Shown here: positions 58,863 through 64,000 of the stretch, in pieces
Layout of the letters: every line of letters begins with the position of its first letter
Numbering within the stretch: position 1 is the first letter of the stretch
From: Candidatus Sulfomarinibacteraceae bacterium
Lineage (GTDB): Bacteria > Acidobacteriota > Thermoanaerobaculia > Thermoanaerobaculales > Sulfomarinibacteraceae
Reading direction: 5' to 3'
Length of the DNA: 64,000 bases
Assembly: GCA_963796455.1 (NCBI GenBank)
Contig: CAWCLO010000001.1
Coordinates: 928,001 to 992,000 of the forward strand
The notes under the pieces: model-generated
Told to the model about the DNA's origin: nothing
Database searches by the model: none
What the model saw: only the letters and a program-made list of their open reading frames with translations
Program-made: the position numbers and the translations under genes

Positions 58863-59423
58863 ATGGGAGTCGACCGGAAAGCCGAGGACGAGCGCCTGAT
58901 CGAGCTCATGATCGGCTATCAGAAAGGCAGCATGGATGATTTCGAGGGCTTGTACGCCGCTCTCAAACAACCCCTCGTCCGGTATCTCTGGACCTTTGTG
59001 CGCAACGCGACGATGGCCGAGGACCTCCTGCAGGACACATTTCTCCAGATCCATCGCGCACGACAGACCTACACACCAAGACGACCCGTACGGCCGTGGA
59101 TCTATGCGATCACCAGGCATGTGGCCTTGATGCACCTGAGGTCAGGCCGCCGCCGCAAGGAAATGTTGGCGAATGACGAGTTGCCCGAGGTCCCGGTGCC
59201 GCCGGAAGTGGAAAGTCTCGCGGATCGGGCGACTCTGCAAAAAATGTTGTCAGAACTTCCGAAACCAGCCCAGGAGGTCCTGACCTTGCACCATCTGTTG
59301 GGTATGAGCTTTCAGGAGGTGGGCGAGATTCTCGGGATTGCGCCGGGCACCGCCAAGGTGCGCGCTCACCGGGCGCTCAAGAGCATACGGGCGAGACTCG
59401 ACAAACAGGGAGGCAGCGCGTGA
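58863..59423 (+). CDS. ECF RNA polymerase sigma factor
   Basis: AEDLLQDTFL, WIYAI, region 4 HTH GTAKVRAHRA. Confidence 0.92.
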   Translation: MGVDRKAEDERLIELMIGYQKGSMDDFEGLYAALKQPLVRYLWTFVRNATMAEDLLQDTFLQIHRARQTYTPRRPVRPWIYAITRHVALMHLRSGRRRKEMLANDELPEVPVPPEVESLADRATLQKMLSELPKPAQEVLTLHHLLGMSFQEVGEILGIAPGTAKVRAHRALKSIRARLDKQGGSA

Positions 59424-60109
59424 ATAGCGAACTCGTTCCGGAGTCCCTGCGCAGCTCCATCGCAGAGGATCTCCAGCTTGTCAGGCCACTGCCTCCGGCA
59501 TGGATGCGGACCCTGGAGGCGGCAGCGGTCGCGGCGCTGGGTCTGGCCGCGGTTGTCGTGTTCTTCCACCTCCAGATTCGACCGGACATGGATCAACTCC
59601 CGATGTGGTTGGGCTGGGGATGCACGGTGGTCCAGATTGGTATCGGCATCCTTTTGGTCGGCATGGCGATGCGCGAAGCGGTGCCGGGTCTCGGTGTTCC
59701 CAAGGGTGCCATCATCCTCGCCCTCGGTACCGCGGTCCTGATGCAACTCCTGGTGGCCGTCGTTACCTGGATGTACAGCCCCGGAATGCCGCTGACAGAA
59801 GAGATCTTCGTGAAAACCGGCATGTCCTGCGCGAGCCACGACACCTCGATGGCGTTGCCGGCATTGGCGGTGACCCTCTGGTTGGTCTTCAGAGCCTTGC
59901 CGCTGCGTCCTTCCATCGCGGGTCTGCTCGGTGGGGCCGGCGCCGCAGTCACCGCCGATGCGATGACCCACGTCCTGTGCCCAATGTCCGATCTGCGGCA
60001 CGTGCTTGTCTGGCATACCGGCGCCCTGCTCGGTCTGATGCTGATCGGATGGATCGTCGGCAAGGTTTGGGAGTGGAAGCGGTTTGGATCAGGCGCCGCG
60101 TCGGATTGA
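59420..60109 (+). CDS. NrsF/DUF1109-like membrane anti-sigma factor
   Basis: Six TM segments, conserved Cys, CP......LVWH; overlaps the sigma gene stop. Confidence 0.8.
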   Translation: MNSELVPESLRSSIAEDLQLVRPLPPAWMRTLEAAAVAALGLAAVVVFFHLQIRPDMDQLPMWLGWGCTVVQIGIGILLVGMAMREAVPGLGVPKGAIILALGTAVLMQLLVAVVTWMYSPGMPLTEEIFVKTGMSCASHDTSMALPALAVTLWLVFRALPLRPSIAGLLGGAGAAVTADAMTHVLCPMSDLRHVLVWHTGALLGLMLIGWIVGKVWEWKRFGSGAASD

Positions 60110-60121
60110 TTCGAAGAAACC

Positions 60122-60240
60122 GAGTTCGAAATTCGGAGTTCGGAGTTCGGAGTTCCGTGCATCCAACCACGCGGTGACACCCAAGATCATTCGAGAAATG
60201 GCCGAAAATTCCGAATTCCGAATTCATCATTCCGAATTCG
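60122..60240. repeat. Inverted heptamer arrays (AGTTCGG ... CCGAATT) around a ~45-bp core
   Basis: Read directly from the sequence. Confidence 0.8.
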
Positions 60241-60317
60241 ACCGTTCGCGCTGCTGCTTGACAACCCGGCTCATTGAGTTCACAGTTTGCGCCGGATGAT
60301 GTTCCCTGGAGGATCCC

Positions 60318-60839
60318 ATGAGTCACGACATTGATTTCAGTACCCTTTCGCTCCGCGACACCCTCGACCTCGCCGTATCGGTGGAGGAAGAAGCCAAGGA
60401 GCGCTATGACGATTTCGCCGAGCAGATGGATGCGCACCGGACGCCTGAGGCCGCGAAGTTTTTCCGCTTCATGGCGGACAACGAGATCAAGCATGCCGAG
60501 AAGTTGAGCGCCCGGCGCAAGGAACTCTTTGGCGACGCACCGAGCACGGCCGACACATCGATGATTTATGACATCGAGGCTCCGGAGTTTGATGCCGCGC
60601 GCGCGTTCATGTCCATTCGCGCCGCCCTCGATGTCGCGATGGAGTCCGAGGTCAAGGCCTATGAATTCTACGACCAGGCGCTGCCGACCATCGAAGACCG
60701 TGAAGTCAAAAAGCTCTTCATCGAGCTCCGAGACGAAGAAATGCGTCATCAGGAGATGATCACCGAAACGATGGCCAAGGTTCCCGAGGGCGACGGCTTC
60801 GACCCCGACGATTTCGTGGACGGTCCGGCCGCTCAATAG
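60318..60839 (+). CDS. Ferritin/rubrerythrin-like protein
   Basis: E..A..Y, EIKH, E..A..FY, EMRH diiron ligands. Confidence 0.9.
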   Translation: MSHDIDFSTLSLRDTLDLAVSVEEEAKERYDDFAEQMDAHRTPEAAKFFRFMADNEIKHAEKLSARRKELFGDAPSTADTSMIYDIEAPEFDAARAFMSIRAALDVAMESEVKAYEFYDQALPTIEDREVKKLFIELRDEEMRHQEMITETMAKVPEGDGFDPDDFVDGPAAQ

Positions 60840-60902
60840 CTCGAAGCGCACCAGAAAAAATCTCGGAAAACCGCGGAGTATCCAGGGGCCGGATACGGTC
60901 TG

Positions 60903-61005
60903 AGAAACCGCAGATCACGCAGATGACATGAGGCGGTGCCGACCGTGGCTACACCGCCTCATGTCATCCTGAGCGAGGGAGTTTCGCGACCGAGTCGAAG
61001 GATCT
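60903..61005 (+). repeat. Third copy of the CGCAGAT/TGTCATCCTGAGCG module, with a perfect 17-bp stem
   Basis: 60922-60938 pairs with 60952-60968. Confidence 0.9.
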
Positions 61006-61099
61006 ACGCAGATAAGGAATCGCTACCGTCATCGTGTCGCTATCGCTATCGAAAAGCGAAAACTCCGAGGTCTATTCAATGGCGGTCCCGATCCCGATC

Positions 61100-61396
61100 C
61101 CGAATTGCAGCGGCAGCGACAGTGTTCAGCGTCAGCGACAGGCAACAGCGAACAGGGACAGCGACAGAGAACAGCGATCAGTGTTCAGCGGCAGCGGCAG
61201 CGATCAGGTCCGTGCCATGACCTGGCGGCTGTTGAACCCAAAAATTAACGTACCGTTCCCTGACGCTGACGCTGCTCGCCGACGCTGGTTCCTGTCGCTG
61301 TCGCCGACTCCTGTTCGCTGACGCTGTACACTGATCGCTGTTCCCTGTCTCTGACGCTGATCGCTGTCTAAGACCCTGTCTTGGACAAGAGTGATC
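61100..61396. repeat. Foldback hexamer element (homolog of 51359-51691)
   Basis: GACAGC-type left arm and CGCTGT-type right arm. Confidence 0.8.
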
Positions 61397-61565
61397 GAGT
61401 ATCGAGTATCGAGTATCGAGCGAATGGTCTCCCTTTCCCCATGCTCCTCTGCCGATGGTTGACGCGCCAAAAATCCGAAATCCGAAATCCGAAATTGATC
61501 TCCCCTTCCCCCTTTCTCCCCTTCCCCCTTTCTCCCTTTCTCCCTTTCTCCCTTTCTCCTCTTCT
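61394..61565 (+). repeat. Stacked arrays ATCGAGT, AAATCCG, TCTCCCTT
   Basis: Read directly from the sequence. Confidence 0.85.
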
Positions 61566-61626
61566 ACCCGGCACCCGTTCTCACAATTGATGAACCCGCA
61601 AGGTCGTTGCGGTTACACTTGAAGGG

Positions 61627-62649
61627 ATGCCTTATTCCCCCGAGCCCGCCGCCGTTTCTGATCCGCCGCCAGCGGGTGTCCTGCTCGTCAACACCGGGTC
61701 ACCGGTCGAAGCAAAAGCGGCAGCGGCACGAGAGTACCTCCGTCAATTCCTTACCGATCCGAGGGTCGTCGAACTGCCCCGCCTCCGATGGTGGTTGCTG
61801 CGAAACCTGATCATCCTCCCCTTCAGGCCCTATCGGACGGCCCGCGCCTACCGCCGAATATGGACCGAGGACGGTTCGCCTCTCGTCGCCACCGGGCGCC
61901 ACCAGGCCGCCGACCTCGAGTGGCAGCTCGGGCAGAGAATCGACCGGCCTGTGCCCGTCTTTACAGGGATGCGCTATGGGAAACCTTCCATAGCCGCGGC
62001 GCTCGGCGTTCTTCGGCGTCGCGGCTGCCGGAGAATTCTCGTGCTCCCCCTCTTTCCGCAGTATTCGGCGACCACCACCGCTTCCGCCTACGACGAGGTA
62101 TTTCGCGAACTTTCGGCTTGGCGGCGGGTTCCCGAACTGCGGACAGTCGGCGACTATCACGACCACCCCGCCTATATCGGTTCGGTGATTTCGAGTATTT
62201 ACGATTTTTGGAAGGACAAAGGCAAACCGCAACGCCTCTTGATCAGCTTCCACGGTCTACCGGTTCGTTATATTGAAAACGGCGACCCTTACGAGGACCA
62301 CTGTCGTGCGACAGCGGCTATCATTTCTTCCCGGCTCGATTTTGATAACAATCGCGTCGAAACCGTCTTCCAGTCTCGCTTTGGCCGCGAGGCGTGGATC
62401 GAACCCTACCTCACCGACGTCCTCCGCCGCTCGGGACGCGAAAGACTGTCGACCCTGGACGTGGTCTGTCCCGGTTTTGCCGCCGACTGTCTGGAGACCC
62501 TCGAGGAGATCGATGTGGCCGGCCGCAAGATCTTCACGAAGGCCGGCGGCGAAGAGCTTCGCTACATCCCCGCACTCGGCCGCCGCCCCGATCACATCAG
62601 TGCGCTGGCCGAGGTGGCGATCGAGCATCTCGGTGGGTGGATCGTCTAA
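61627..62649 (+). CDS. hemH: Ferrochelatase
   Basis: GVLLVNTGSP, YLRQFLTDPRV, GSPL, MRYGKP, PLFPQYS, SFHGLP, FQSRFG, DCLETLEE. Confidence 0.96.
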   Translation: MPYSPEPAAVSDPPPAGVLLVNTGSPVEAKAAAAREYLRQFLTDPRVVELPRLRWWLLRNLIILPFRPYRTARAYRRIWTEDGSPLVATGRHQAADLEWQLGQRIDRPVPVFTGMRYGKPSIAAALGVLRRRGCRRILVLPLFPQYSATTTASAYDEVFRELSAWRRVPELRTVGDYHDHPAYIGSVISSIYDFWKDKGKPQRLLISFHGLPVRYIENGDPYEDHCRATAAIISSRLDFDNNRVETVFQSRFGREAWIEPYLTDVLRRSGRERLSTLDVVCPGFAADCLETLEEIDVAGRKIFTKAGGEELRYIPALGRRPDHISALAEVAIEHLGGWIV

Positions 62650-62698
62650 GGAGGCGAAGGGCTAAGGGGCTCTAGCCACCGCCGCTTCATCGCGCCTT

Positions 62699-63166
62699 TC
62701 AAAACGCCAGCACGAGCGCGATCATCAAAAAGATGTACACGGTGGTCGTGGCGAGCAGGTACACCAGCAGCCCGTGGCCGATATCGGTTTTGAACAGAAG
62801 CTTGACACCCACTGCCCCACCGAGGACCCCGCCACACGCTGCGATCACCTGCAACAACTCGGGCGGCAGAAAGAACATGACCATCGAGGCGATAAAAACA
62901 ACGACGCCGCCGACGATGCCTCCAAGCAGGACCGCGAGAATCGCGGCGAAGATGCCACCGTCGAGACCGAGCACCTTGGCGAATACAAAAACGCAAAGAA
63001 TATGGCCGATGATGAATCCTGCGGCAAAGATGATCATCGTCACCGTGGTCTTCTCAAAGAATTCCTCTGCCATATCGCTTGCCGATGCCGGCACCGTGAG
63101 AAGGAGCAACCCGACGGCCACTGCGATCGATCTGCAGATCGAAGTACGGCCTGCGACAGAATCCAT
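62699..63166 (-). CDS. Hypothetical membrane protein
   Basis: Signal-like N-terminus plus four hydrophobic helices. Confidence 0.6.
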   Translation of the reverse strand: MDSVAGRTSICRSIAVAVGLLLLTVPASASDMAEEFFEKTTVTMIIFAAGFIIGHILCVFVFAKVLGLDGGIFAAILAVLLGGIVGGVVVFIASMVMFFLPPELLQVIAACGGVLGGAVGVKLLFKTDIGHGLLVYLLATTTVYIFLMIALVLAF

Positions 63167-63204
63167 TCTGTTTTCGTCGGGCGACCGGAGGGAGAATCTC
63201 ACAA

Positions 63205-63954
63205 TCACAACCGATCGATGATTTCTCGCGCGAAAGCACGGGCCTTCACCTGCGGACCGATGAGTGCCAGCATCGCCGATTCCCCGTCCGCGGTATGAAT
63301 TGGTATCAGGTACAGATGATTGCCCTGGGCACCACCCAGGAGGAGGATTCTGCCGGTCAGTTGCTCGTCCCCCTGTTCGACTGTCCCCCTTCTCACCTCC
63401 GACCAGTCGATTTCGAAGAAATCCAGAATCTTCTCCGCGCCGGCATCCAGCTCCGAGACATCGAGCGGCCTGGCCGGCCATCGATGGAAATAGACGAACA
63501 GTCCCAGTTCGTCCCGATGTTCCAGTCCGACGACCCGGCGGCCTACAAAATGGCCCGCGTACCCGGCTTCGAAACCCTTCGGGGGGTACCTCCCGACGAC
63601 ATGACGATACGCCTGTTCCACGGCACGAGGAGTGGTCGTGACGCTGACCGCAAACCTCCCGAATACCCACAGGATCGCAGCAAATAAAACGATGGCTCCA
63701 AACACCGCGACCGCCAGATTGTCGTCGATCCAACCCCGCAAGGACCTGGGCGGCGGACTCGCCTTGGCGATCCGGCTGGACGACAGAGTCCGGGGGGCAA
63801 CGGACGCAGCCCCGGGCGACGGCGCATCGCCGGCCGCTGCCTCTTCGCCGGCTCTACCGTCAAAGACCACTCCACACCTGACGCAATCCCAGGCGTGATT
63901 GAGCCTCGGTGTGCCGCATTTCGGACAGGTCAGGGGGGTTTCGTTCTCAATCAC
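63205..63954 (-). CDS. Hypothetical protein with N-terminal zinc ribbon and TM helix
   Basis: CPKCG...CVRCG; start uncertain. Confidence 0.6.
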   Translation of the reverse strand: MIENETPLTCPKCGTPRLNHAWDCVRCGVVFDGRAGEEAAAGDAPSPGAASVAPRTLSSSRIAKASPPPRSLRGWIDDNLAVAVFGAIVLFAAILWVFGRFAVSVTTTPRAVEQAYRHVVGRYPPKGFEAGYAGHFVGRRVVGLEHRDELGLFVYFHRWPARPLDVSELDAGAEKILDFFEIDWSEVRRGTVEQGDEQLTGRILLLGGAQGNHLYLIPIHTADGESAMLALIGPQVKARAFAREIIDRL

Positions 63955-64000
63955 CCAGGTCTCACTCCGGATCCGGTCTATGTTCTTCCATCTCAAGAAT

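Noticed and set aside
62699..63733. 344-aa ORF as listed
   Set aside because: The N-terminal part overlaps the 63205-63954 gene in another frame; only 62699-63166 looks protein-like.
63962..64000. Possible 3' end of a minus-strand gene (..ILEMEEHRPDPE*)
   Set aside because: Too short to support a call.

Overview
GC-rich bacterial chromosome segment. Its gene content (Oar-type TonB receptor, wHTH-STAND-WD40 protein, Ser/Thr kinase with beta-propeller, DUF4388, FHA-GAF-PP2C) suggests Acidobacteriota, possibly Thermoanaerobaculia; this is inference only. There are about 53 protein genes: housekeeping (valS, topA, rpmG, fmt, rsmB, mutY, hemH, crcB, a PTPS/QueD-family gene, an ABC-F), signalling modules and small accessory enzymes. 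I found no rRNA, tRNA or CRISPR array. The unusual feature is the intergenic DNA. Many of the longer spacers are mosaics of short tandem arrays (6-, 7-, 8- and 9-mers) and palindromic modules that recur across the window with a consistent polarity: GG-form arrays on the left, CC-form arrays on the right. One element is 'full': a four-helix-bundle gene enclosed by inverted GGGGCTAT arrays (54994-55531). Several appear 'empty' or are single arms. Two unrelated genes (a VOC gene and an ABC-F gene) sit between the same left and right flanking modules. A REP-associated HUH transposase (RAYT) with duplicated REP doublets is also present.
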